Source: a virus. From it: a stretch of DNA of 64,000 bases. Below, in pieces: positions 56,215 to 63,447 of this stretch. The notes under the pieces were generated by a model, which was not told where the DNA came from, did no database searches, and worked only from the letters and a program-made list of their open reading frames with translations. The position numbers and the translations under genes were made by a program. Each line of letters begins with the position of its first letter. Positions within the stretch are counted from its first letter, which is position 1. Location: the IMG/VR virus record IMGVR_UViG_3300028197_001695, positions 1 through 64,000 of that record. The stretch is one strand, 5' to 3'.

Positions 56215-57507
56215 TTAAAATTTAAGCTTAATCGCTCTGGAAGTCCCTGCTAGCCCAAGGAAAACTTCTTTGCCTTTAACTGTAGCGCAAGTAGAGTAAC
56301 CAGTTCCAAGACTCATTATCCCAGAACCCTCTTTTGCTGTTGGCCAACCATCCATAAACTGATACTCATAGTCTTCCCATTGGATCTCCTGAGTGAGAGG
56401 ATTAACCCTAAAACATTTAGTATCTCCCCAGAATGCGCTGTAAAGCCAACCATCAGGGGCGAGGTAACCGTGGAAGTTTTTATTTTTATTGGCTACCTTC
56501 AAGTATCCTTCTGGCAAGTCTATCTCTTCATAACTATCATCAGCACAATTAATAATTAAAATCTTTTTGCCCGTCCTTGGTAAACAAAATACCTTATTAA
56601 CACTCTTGACATATGTAGCCCCAACATACTTAACACTAAATCCAGAAACCCCAGATTTAATAGGATCACCTTCTAACAAGAAAGAATTACCATTCTTATC
56701 TATCTTGAGAATTTTGCTTCCTAAAGCTGGTGGCATATAAATGTTTCCATCTGGATCTGCTGCTGCTCCCCACACATGACTAAAGAATCCTATTTGTGGA
56801 GGAGTGAATGAACCAATCTCACCCGTTTTAGTATCCAAGGTATAAATTTTTAATGTCTTTGTATAAGATGGCATATAAATAATACCATTTGCTCCCTCTG
56901 CTCCAGATCTAACTTGAGGACAAGAGCTAAATTTCTTTTCTAAAGTAATCTCTCCCGTTGACCTTTTTAACTTAGCTATAGAAGTCGAATACGCTGGTAA
57001 AAAATAAGTATAGCCATCAGAAGCTTCTACATTACCTATAAAGCCATGACTACCTTGAAGGTTTCTCTTAATAGAATCAGTAAGAGTATCTGTCTCAATA
57101 TACATATCGGACTTATAGCCTAACGAATGGATAACCCCGCTGTCATCCATCGCCATCGTGCGAGTCTTTGTCAGATTACCTCTGATCTCGCCTTTTAAAT
57201 ATTCCAGCTTTGGCCAAGATGTTTTTGATGAATCTAAAAAAAAACCTTCCGCACTCGACTCCGCACTCGACTCCGCACTCGACTCCGCACTCGACTCCGC
57301 ACTCGACTCCGCACTGGTTTCCCAAGGTGGTTCAGAACTTGATTCAGCACTAGAAACTTCCGCCTCAGCACTAGAAATAAGCTCAGAGCTTGATAAGTGA
57401 TTTTTTAATTGTTTTAATTGATCCACTGAAGTCTCTAATGAGTCAATTACTGAGGAGATTTGGTCTGAAGTTTTCATGCTAACATATTCTAACAAAAGTT
57501 CGTGCAA
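56215..57507 (-). CDS. Ser-rich repeat protein with probable C-terminal beta-propeller (start may be 57477)
   Basis: Coiled-coil N-terminus, (SAES)n linker, then ~45-aa repeats of the type G..Y.P.....I...D. Confidence 0.6.
   Translation of the reverse strand: MHELLLEYVSMKTSDQISSVIDSLETSVDQLKQLKNHLSSSELISSAEAEVSSAESSSEPPWETSAESSAESSAESSAESSAESSAEGFFLDSSKTSWPKLEYLKGEIRGNLTKTRTMAMDDSGVIHSLGYKSDMYIETDTLTDSIKRNLQGSHGFIGNVEASDGYTYFLPAYSTSIAKLKRSTGEITLEKKFSSCPQVRSGAEGANGIIYMPSYTKTLKIYTLDTKTGEIGSFTPPQIGFFSHVWGAAADPDGNIYMPPALGSKILKIDKNGNSFLLEGDPIKSGVSGFSVKYVGATYVKSVNKVFCLPRTGKKILIINCADDSYEEIDLPEGYLKVANKNKNFHGYLAPDGWLYSAFWGDTKCFRVNPLTQEIQWEDYEYQFMDGWPTAKEGSGIMSLGTGYSTCATVKGKEVFLGLAGTSRAIKLKF
57249..57315 (-). 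repeat. In-frame 12-bp tandem repeat encoding SAES
   Basis: Plus-strand GCACTCGACTCC, five perfect copies plus a partial copy. Confidence 0.95.
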
Positions 57508-57524
57508 TTGTCAAGTTAATTCGT

Positions 57525-57600
57525 TGGTGCGCCCGACCGGACTTGAACCGATAACCAAGGGTTTATGAGACCCCTGCTCTAACCATTGAGCTACAGGCGC
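57525..57600 (-). tRNA. tRNA with CAT anticodon, probably Ile2 (lysidine type) rather than Met
   Basis: GCGCCTGTAGCTCAATGGTTAGAGCAGGGGTCTCATAAACCCTTGGTTATCGGTTCAAGTCCGGTCGGGCGCACCA; G1-C72 (not initiator), C4-G69 and C5-G68, CCA encoded. Confidence 0.9.
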
Positions 57601-57622
57601 ATTATCATTCTGTCTAGTGATT

Positions 57623-58246
57623 TTATTCACCAAATTTATAATTAAAATGTTTTATATCATCTCGATACACTTTCGAGATAATATCCCTAGTCTCATCATC
57701 ATAATACTCTGTGTAATGCCTATGATTACTTTTATTGACATGAGGCAAGTCTTGCTTGGGTATTCCAATATCCTTGCAAATAAAATTAAAATCTTCCTGC
57801 AAACTTTCTATTTTACCCACAAAATCCATTTTTAATTCACCCTTGACGCTTAAAAAACTGTATTGTGTTTTTAAATGAGGCATTTCAACATCAGGTTTTT
57901 GAGTTTGATAGAAGTATGTTTGAGGTTCTGAAACTTTAATTAAAAAATCCTTAAAGCTCATGTCATTGTCCTGTATCTTCCGACAAGCGTCCTTGTCCCA
58001 AAAATAGTGTTGATGATCAGGTCTCATCTGTTCCCAATAAGTATAAACGCTTAGCATACGAGACCAAGGATTTCTCACTATGGAATAGTACTTATAAGAA
58101 TTAGAATTAAAAATATAATTATGATAATTCTCCAAGGTTGCATGGGAGTTGCCCCGCCAACAATTAAAATTGTTACATTTTGTGATTGATGAACCTCCAC
58201 ATTTTGGGATATGTACAAACACAAATTTTTTAGTTTTGTTGATCAT
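57623..58246 (-). CDS. Sulfotransferase (family 2-like)
   Basis: FVHIPKCGGSSI (5'-PSB), SIVRNPWSRMLS (3'-PB), DFVGKIESLQEDF. Confidence 0.85.
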   Translation of the reverse strand: MINKTKKFVFVHIPKCGGSSITKCNNFNCWRGNSHATLENYHNYIFNSNSYKYYSIVRNPWSRMLSVYTYWEQMRPDHQHYFWDKDACRKIQDNDMSFKDFLIKVSEPQTYFYQTQKPDVEMPHLKTQYSFLSVKGELKMDFVGKIESLQEDFNFICKDIGIPKQDLPHVNKSNHRHYTEYYDDETRDIISKVYRDDIKHFNYKFGE

Positions 58247-58269
58247 GTTTCTATTCCGAAAATAAAAAA

Positions 58270-58368
58270 TTAAAATGTATCAAAAATATCTTCCAATAAA
58301 CCAAGGCGATACATCATGAATAATATTACGCCAATAAATATTGCTAAAACAAGTTCGCTTTTGTTCAT
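58270..58368 (-). CDS. 32-aa membrane micropeptide (not in ORF track)
   Basis: MNKSELVLAIFIGVILFMMYRLGLLEDIFDTF*; ATGA overlap with upstream stop. Confidence 0.55.
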   Translation of the reverse strand: MNKSELVLAIFIGVILFMMYRLGLLEDIFDTF

Positions 58369-58607
58369 GACTCTCTTACCCTAACTACTTCTTTCTTGAC
58401 ATTCTTAAAGTCTTTGTCGTATCTATCTGACCAGTGAGGGTCTTTAGCTTGTAGAACCTGTTCATATTCCTTGTCGATAAGTTGATTCTGGACCTGCCTC
58501 TCTATCCAGCTTGGAGGATTCAGAATTTGATTTAAATCAAGATCTGATTCTTCGCCAAACATGGACTTCTTGAGCTTATGCAAGAGTAATTCAAATTTAT
58601 TTTTCAT
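58365..58607 (-). CDS. Hypothetical protein
   Basis: 80-aa ORF in a packed operon. Confidence 0.6.
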   Translation of the reverse strand: MKNKFELLLHKLKKSMFGEESDLDLNQILNPPSWIERQVQNQLIDKEYEQVLQAKDPHWSDRYDKDFKNVKKEVVRVRES

Positions 58608-58608
58608 T

Positions 58609-58772
58609 TTACCAATGTCTAATTGTATTTGCGATAATGAAACCGCAAGTTGTAATATGGATTAACCACCAAAAAGTTCTAATGACTGCTGCAATATCTG
58701 CTTCTGTACCATCATCTGAGATTTTTTGGCCCATTGTCCTAGCCCATATTCTCCAAATTTTTTTTTATTCAT
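58609..58772 (-). pseudogene. Small membrane-protein ORF interrupted by a frameshift in an A9 run
   Basis: ATG AAT A9 is out of frame with IWRIWARTMGQKISDD...TFWWLIHITTCGFIIANTIRHW*; one extra A restores a 54-aa ORF. Confidence 0.45.
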
Positions 58773-58784
58773 AACTTACCCAAA

Positions 58785-58988
58785 TTAATAACCTTCAATA
58801 ATATTATTAATTGTTTCAACTACTTCATTATGATGAGCGATAGTCTCTACTTTCTTTTCGATTTCTACACCCAGATCAGGATGTTCTCCGATAGCTACTT
58901 GATGATTCAAATAGGTTTCCAGATCTGCTCTGGCGATATCTCCAAGAGCTTCGTGTTTTTTCTTAATTGCTTTTAAATGTGCATTCAT
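58785..58988 (-). CDS. Hypothetical protein
   Basis: 67 aa with AIGEHPD motif. Confidence 0.65.
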   Translation of the reverse strand: MNAHLKAIKKKHEALGDIARADLETYLNHQVAIGEHPDLGVEIEKKVETIAHHNEVVETINNIIEGY

Positions 58989-59010
58989 ATTATTTTTTTA
59001 ATAGTTTTAA

Positions 59011-59093
59011 TAGCTCTGGAGGGGATCGAACCCTCACGATCTAGGATCAACGGATTTTAAATCCGCAGCGTCTACCAATTCCGCCACAGAGCC
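59011..59093 (-). tRNA. trnL: tRNA-Leu (TAA anticodon), CCA not encoded
   Basis: GGCTCTG acceptor stem, GCGGA-TTTAAAA-TCCGT anticodon arm, long variable arm, TTCGATC T-loop. Confidence 0.9.
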
Positions 59094-59098
59094 TAAAT

Positions 59099-59518
59099 TT
59101 ACTTAGCTGATACTACAATATATTCGTGATTGTCTTTATAGCTGTGAGCATAGTCGATGCAATCCTTGAAGTCTCCATGATAATCAATGAAAGAAGCATC
59201 GACCACAAAGAACTTGCCATCTGGGAGAGGATAATTCTCTGCACCTTTCGCTAAGTGAGTCGAAGAGATCCTCCAACCAGATCCATCTTTCTTGACTAAG
59301 CTCTTAAATCGTTTCATCTCAGAAGGGTGATCATCTTCTTCGAAGTGACTGAGCATCTTCTCAAGCTGGAACTTAGTGAGAGAAACACAAGCCTCAATTT
59401 TTTCTGGATGAACAATCTCCTTTTCGATCTTGGTTTGAATTATCGGATCTTTAAAGCAATGCCAAGTTGCCAAAGCCCAAAGAGGAATTGATGTAGCTAG
59501 GAATAATTTCGTTCTCAT
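59099..59518 (-). CDS. Hypothetical protein with N-terminal hydrophobic segment
   Basis: 139-aa ORF. Confidence 0.6.
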   Translation of the reverse strand: MRTKLFLATSIPLWALATWHCFKDPIIQTKIEKEIVHPEKIEACVSLTKFQLEKMLSHFEEDDHPSEMKRFKSLVKKDGSGWRISSTHLAKGAENYPLPDGKFFVVDASFIDYHGDFKDCIDYAHSYKDNHEYIVVSAK

Positions 59519-59727
59519 TTTCTTTTTTCAGTAATTTCATTCGGGAATACTTCTGCCTCTGACCCATCTCGGAACATAGCTAATACTTTCCCTTTACATT
59601 GAATAGCATTTTGCTTCGCCATCTCCAAGCAATTAATGGAGGGATTCACTTTCTCAAGGTCAGTTGAATACCCGCCCATCCAATCGCCCTTACGACTGTA
59701 AACATTATATGTTTTGACTTCAGACAT
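59515..59727 (-). CDS. Hypothetical protein
   Basis: 70-aa ORF with overlapping start and stop junctions. Confidence 0.6.
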   Translation of the reverse strand: MSEVKTYNVYSRKGDWMGGYSTDLEKVNPSINCLEMAKQNAIQCKGKVLAMFRDGSEAEVFPNEITEKRK

Positions 59728-59945
59728 TATGCTTCTAGCTTGATGTCAATCTTCGACGCTTCCTCTGTGGGAGTTTCGCTGCTGGTAACTACTGCACTAG
59801 GAGCAGAGTCGATAACAATATCAAGCTTCTCCAACCACACCCTAGAGACAGGGATTGATTGTCTCCGACCGAATAGGTCATTAAGTTGCTCAAGAGTAAG
59901 ATTCACGAATGATGTGCCACCTTTGGGTCTTCCACGTTTTGCCAT
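59727..59945 (-). CDS. Hypothetical protein with AT-hook-like N-terminus
   Basis: MAKRGRPKGG. Confidence 0.6.
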   Translation of the reverse strand: MAKRGRPKGGTSFVNLTLEQLNDLFGRRQSIPVSRVWLEKLDIVIDSAPSAVVTSSETPTEEASKIDIKLEA

Positions 59946-59980
59946 TGTATTAGTTTGTTAGTTTTTTTTGTTGGTTGAAA

Positions 59981-60178
59981 TTAGTATCCGCATTTTGAAA
60001 CAACTGCGGAAGCTTCTCTGGAAAGAACCTCAAGAGTATCGTCATAGTCAATTGCCTCTACCTCTTTGAGAGCTTTCTCCAAGCCACCAATGAGTTCCCA
60101 AAGGTCATCCGCTTTGATCTTGTCGCCGTTGACTGTGATGTCGATCTTAGAAAAGTCGAAGTCTTGTTCGTTGTTCAT
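59981..60178 (-). CDS. Small acidic hypothetical protein
   Basis: 65-aa ORF with leaderless promoter. Confidence 0.65.
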   Translation of the reverse strand: MNNEQDFDFSKIDITVNGDKIKADDLWELIGGLEKALKEVEAIDYDDTLEVLSREASAVVSKCGY

Positions 60179-60184
60179 GCCGCT

Positions 60185-60212
60185 ATAATACTGCTTTTTG
60201 GATTAAGGTCAA
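60185..60212 (-). promoter_or_regulatory. Sigma70-type promoter, leaderless
   Basis: TTGACC-16-TATTAT; ATG 60178 after a 6-nt gap. Confidence 0.7.
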
Positions 60213-60223
60213 GTTTTTTTTCA

Positions 60224-61156
60224 TTAAATTGTTTGAGCAAGTGCCATACCTTCTCTAGTGAGTTTTCTCTTGACATCTATTTCCATGAGGTTCTTCCTAA
60301 CTAAGATCTGCTCGTAGTCTCTCTGAATAGCTTGCTTCTGGTAACCAGTGACAGAGCAGAGTCCATTGAGCGTCATCGCTCCCCTATCCCTCAGAGTCTT
60401 CACGATCTGAATCTCAGAGTTTGATAAGCCCATCGGATTAACCCCCATAGCCTTACAGAACTCAGACCAGAGGGTCTTAGTGAAGACTTTCATCTTAGTG
60501 GCGGAAGCATACGTCTGAACGTCCTGAGCCTTGACTACAGCGTCTCTCGGATTGCCCCTCAATACAGAAACGATCTCTGTCTTCGCATTAGGGTCGATCT
60601 GCACCTCCCCTTCTAGATTAGACTCAAAGATTTTGTAAAGCTCTTCACCAGAGTAATCTTCAAAAGAAATATCTCTAAGTCTATCTCTAAGTGGCTCGCA
60701 AAGCTTTTCTTGATTTGTTGTCGCCATGCAAAGTGAAAGCTTCGAAAAGTCAAAGGTGAATGTCCCCTCCTCTGTAGTAACAGTTCGAACTGGATTTTTA
60801 TCCACGTTCAGTGCTGTCAAGAAAATCTCTTGTAAGTCTTTGGGAATATTGTGTCCCTCATCAATAAAAAGAAAGGCACTATGCTCAACCCACAATGGGT
60901 AAACCTGCTCAAAGAACGCACGAGCGTTTCTGATTGTCTTGCCGTTAATCTCAAGCATTGGAGGACGAGTGCCATCTGGACGCTGAAGAGCTTCGCGGAA
61001 CTTACGAGCAAAGAAAGTTTTGCCTCCACCCTTCTGGGTAGTGAGGTTGATAAACGGCAAACGGTTTGTCTCCTTGTAAGAGTCAATGAACACACTCAAA
61101 GTGCGCTTGACTGATTCTTGTCCAATGGCTTCTTCGAATACCTTGTTGATTTCCAT
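60224..61156 (-). CDS. ruvB: RuvB-like Holliday junction branch-migration ATPase
   Basis: IGQESVK, GGGKT (Walker A), LFIDEGHNI (Walker B), ATTN...PLRDR, RGNPRDA, C-terminal winged-helix pattern. Confidence 0.85.
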   Translation of the reverse strand: MEINKVFEEAIGQESVKRTLSVFIDSYKETNRLPFINLTTQKGGGKTFFARKFREALQRPDGTRPPMLEINGKTIRNARAFFEQVYPLWVEHSAFLFIDEGHNIPKDLQEIFLTALNVDKNPVRTVTTEEGTFTFDFSKLSLCMATTNQEKLCEPLRDRLRDISFEDYSGEELYKIFESNLEGEVQIDPNAKTEIVSVLRGNPRDAVVKAQDVQTYASATKMKVFTKTLWSEFCKAMGVNPMGLSNSEIQIVKTLRDRGAMTLNGLCSVTGYQKQAIQRDYEQILVRKNLMEIDVKRKLTREGMALAQTI

Positions 61157-61162
61157 GTCCGA

Positions 61163-61190
61163 AGAATATCACCATTCTCAGACGAGTCAA
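61163..61190 (-). promoter_or_regulatory. Sigma70-type promoter, leaderless, for ruvB
   Basis: TTGACT-16-(TGn)TATTCT; ATG 61156 after a 6-nt gap. Confidence 0.7.
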
Positions 61191-61209
61191 CCCCTTTCTG
61201 ATTAAAAAA

Positions 61210-61503
61210 TCACTTTTTTCTCAAATCTTTGTGCTTCAATACCCAAGGAATTACTAAATTTTCTACACATCGGACATAAGCTTCTTCATCATTATTCTCC
61301 ATGAAGGCTATCCCTGTCATCTCAAAAATTATGTGGGTGACTTCGTGAACAAGCGTCCACCAGTGCTGCTCTGGATCTTTGAGGCATTTTTTATTCAATT
61401 TAATTAGCTTATCATCCATGAAGCATTCACCCCAATCCTCCATTTCCTCATAAACAATTTTTATTTTTACATTTAAAACCTCAACAAAAGAAAGCCTCTT
61501 CAT
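61210..61503 (-). CDS. Small HExxH metallopeptidase-like protein
   Basis: TLVHEVTHIIFE...EEAYV. Confidence 0.6.
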   Translation of the reverse strand: MKRLSFVEVLNVKIKIVYEEMEDWGECFMDDKLIKLNKKCLKDPEQHWWTLVHEVTHIIFEMTGIAFMENNDEEAYVRCVENLVIPWVLKHKDLRKK

Positions 61504-61513
61504 CTTAAATAAT

Positions 61514-61518
61514 TACAC
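61514..61518 (-). promoter_or_regulatory. GTGTA candidate late-promoter motif
   Basis: GTGTA-ATTATTTAAG-ATG. Confidence 0.5.
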
Positions 61519-61560
61519 TTTGATCTTGACTAAGAACGAAAAACATTGAAAATATTATTG

Positions 61561-61779
61561 ATGACCTCACAAGAAAAATTACAAGCATTAGATAAAGCTA
61601 AGATAGAAATGGGCAGATTAAAAAAAGCTCAAGCTAATCTCTACGCAGAAACCAAAGAAAAATTAGAATTAACTGACAAGTATGATCGTAGTCTTTGGGA
61701 CTTTCTCGTGATTGGACTGCAATTTGCTAGAGGTGAGATTGAGGTAGCCTTACACACAAATGAGGGAAAAGATGCTTGA
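61561..61779 (+). CDS. Hypothetical protein (start moved to first ATG)
   Basis: 72-aa ORF. Confidence 0.55.
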   Translation: MTSQEKLQALDKAKIEMGRLKKAQANLYAETKEKLELTDKYDRSLWDFLVIGLQFARGEIEVALHTNEGKDA

Positions 61780-61812
61780 CTTCAATTTTTAAGCGTTTAA
61801 ATTAGCCCAGAC

Positions 61813-62310
61813 ATGAATATATTCTGCTTAGACAAAGACCCCGAAATTGCTGCTCGTCAGCATTGCGACAAACACTGTGTCAAGATGATTCTTGAATGTA
61901 GCCAACTTCTCTGCACGACATTTTGGATGCAGGATCTTGAAGCACCATATAAGAAGACTCACTACAACCATCCCTCTGCGATCTGGGCTAGAGAGTCTCG
62001 TGGTAACTTTGAGTGGCTCGTTCAGCATACAGCATCTTTACTTAACGAATATACTAGAAGGTATGGTAAACGTCATAAAAGCACAGATACTTTGATTTGG
62101 ATTCTGGAGAACAAACATCGCTTACACTTCGACAAGCAAGAGCAGACAGAATTTGCTGTAGCTATTGCTCAAGACCAAAGGTGTAGAGAGCTTCCGAACT
62201 TTGAGACACTTTCTGTTGTCGAAAAGTATCGAGAGTATTATAATCACGATAAGTCTTATATGGCAAAATGGCAACACAGTGAAACTCCGAAGTGGTATAC
62301 TGTAAAATAA
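61813..62310 (+). CDS. Pyrimidine dimer DNA glycosylase (T4 endonuclease V-related family)
   Basis: MNIFCLDKDPEIAARQHCDKHCVKMILE...YKKTHYNHPSAIWAR. Confidence 0.75.
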   Translation: MNIFCLDKDPEIAARQHCDKHCVKMILECSQLLCTTFWMQDLEAPYKKTHYNHPSAIWARESRGNFEWLVQHTASLLNEYTRRYGKRHKSTDTLIWILENKHRLHFDKQEQTEFAVAIAQDQRCRELPNFETLSVVEKYREYYNHDKSYMAKWQHSETPKWYTVK

Positions 62311-62322
62311 AAAATATTTTAA

Positions 62323-62814
62323 TTGATAATGATTAACGAAGAAATAAAAGATCTGGGGGAGCAAAGACAAAACGCTCACCCTAATGGAACACCGAGGTAT
62401 TATGATGACCCAAACATCGAAGATACGATTGGAGTAAGAGGAGAAGCTGCTTTCGCCAAAAGATACGATTTAAATATCGACAAAAGAATTCTCCCAGAGG
62501 GAGATGACCACATTGATTTTATTGTAGAAATAAATAATCAAAAAGTATCTATTGACATTAAGACTGCTCAAAAAGCCTACAATCTTCTAATTAAAGAATG
62601 GGAAATCGATAAATGCTCAGACATCCTCGTCTTAGCTGAATATACAAATGGGAAAATTAATTTCCTTGGGTGGGAGACTAAAGAAATTATGAAACTCATG
62701 CCTAAGAAAGTTTTTTCTAGACTTAATATAAAAAACTATTATAGAAATAGAAACGATTTAAGACCAATGTCTCAACTAGATAAACTAATCCCAACCCCAT
62801 CATTTTTAATATGA
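62323..62814 (+). CDS. PD-(D/E)xK-fold nuclease-like protein
   Basis: GVRGEAAF...IDF...IDIKT. Confidence 0.5.
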   Translation: MIMINEEIKDLGEQRQNAHPNGTPRYYDDPNIEDTIGVRGEAAFAKRYDLNIDKRILPEGDDHIDFIVEINNQKVSIDIKTAQKAYNLLIKEWEIDKCSDILVLAEYTNGKINFLGWETKEIMKLMPKKVFSRLNIKNYYRNRNDLRPMSQLDKLIPTPSFLI

Positions 62815-63056
62815 GAGAAAAATTTGAGAACTGTTTAATAATAATTGGATCAATTGTAATAGGAATACCTCTTGGTATTATAGTCGGTTTGGTTTGTTGG
62901 TTTAAATTCCCATTCCAAATATATTGGGCAGCAAGAGCGAACTTATCTTTACAAAGAATCGAGCGAGCAAAAGAAGGAATAAAAAAACACGAAACTGTAG
63001 ATATCTGGGAGAACCACATGAAGAAAATGGAAGAAAAAAAATCTTATGACAACTGA
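62811..63056 (+). CDS. Hypothetical membrane protein
   Basis: Single N-terminal hydrophobic helix. Confidence 0.6.
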   Translation: MREKFENCLIIIGSIVIGIPLGIIVGLVCWFKFPFQIYWAARANLSLQRIERAKEGIKKHETVDIWENHMKKMEEKKSYDN

Positions 63057-63378
63057 AGAACTATTAGAACTACATAAAGATACCTGCGATACTTGCAGGG
63101 ATATTATGAGGCGGAAAAATAACGATTATACTGGTGGAGAAAAATCCACTGATCCTTTCGCCAATTTTAACGCTGCGTCTGTGCTTGGCATTGATCCAGT
63201 ACAAGGCTTACTACTTAGAGTAATCGATAAAATTCAAAGAATTAGGTCTTTTACAAACGATAAAGAATTAAAGGTAGCAAATGAAAGTGTTGAAGATGCT
63301 TGTGATGATATCGTAAATTACGCGATATTAGCCAAGGCAATGCTTATGGAGCAAAGAAGCTGCCCAGAAATTAAGTAA
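63046..63378 (+). CDS. Nucleotide-modification-associated all-alpha domain protein (DUF1599/Nmad1-like)
   Basis: RKNNDY...DPFANF...LRVIDKIQRI...ESVEDACDDIVNYAIL. Confidence 0.65.
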   Translation: MTTEELLELHKDTCDTCRDIMRRKNNDYTGGEKSTDPFANFNAASVLGIDPVQGLLLRVIDKIQRIRSFTNDKELKVANESVEDACDDIVNYAILAKAMLMEQRSCPEIK

Positions 63379-63404
63379 AAACGATTAAAAATTCACCCCT
63401 CATC

Positions 63405-63433
63405 AACCTACTCCTACGGGAGTGGGTTTTTTT
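63405..63433 (+). terminator. Rho-independent terminator
   Basis: AACCTACTCC-TACG-GGAGTGGGTT followed by T5. Confidence 0.75.
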
Positions 63434-63438
63434 GTGTA
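63434..63438 (+). promoter_or_regulatory. GTGTA candidate late-promoter motif (plus strand)
   Basis: GTGTA-ACATAAGGT-ATG(63448). Confidence 0.55.
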
Positions 63439-63447
63439 ACATAAGGT

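Noticed and set aside
57249-57315. 12-bp tandem repeat as a mini-CRISPR or phase-variation switch
   Set aside because: The unit is a multiple of three and in frame, with no spacers; copy-number change alters linker length only.
615-62379. Many overlapping antisense or alternate-frame ORFs in the track (for example 15502, 24415, 33869, 34154, 40377, 43800, 48057, 48934, 50309, 60817)
   Set aside because: They lie opposite or inside well-supported genes, lack their own promoter or start context, and have no recognisable motifs.
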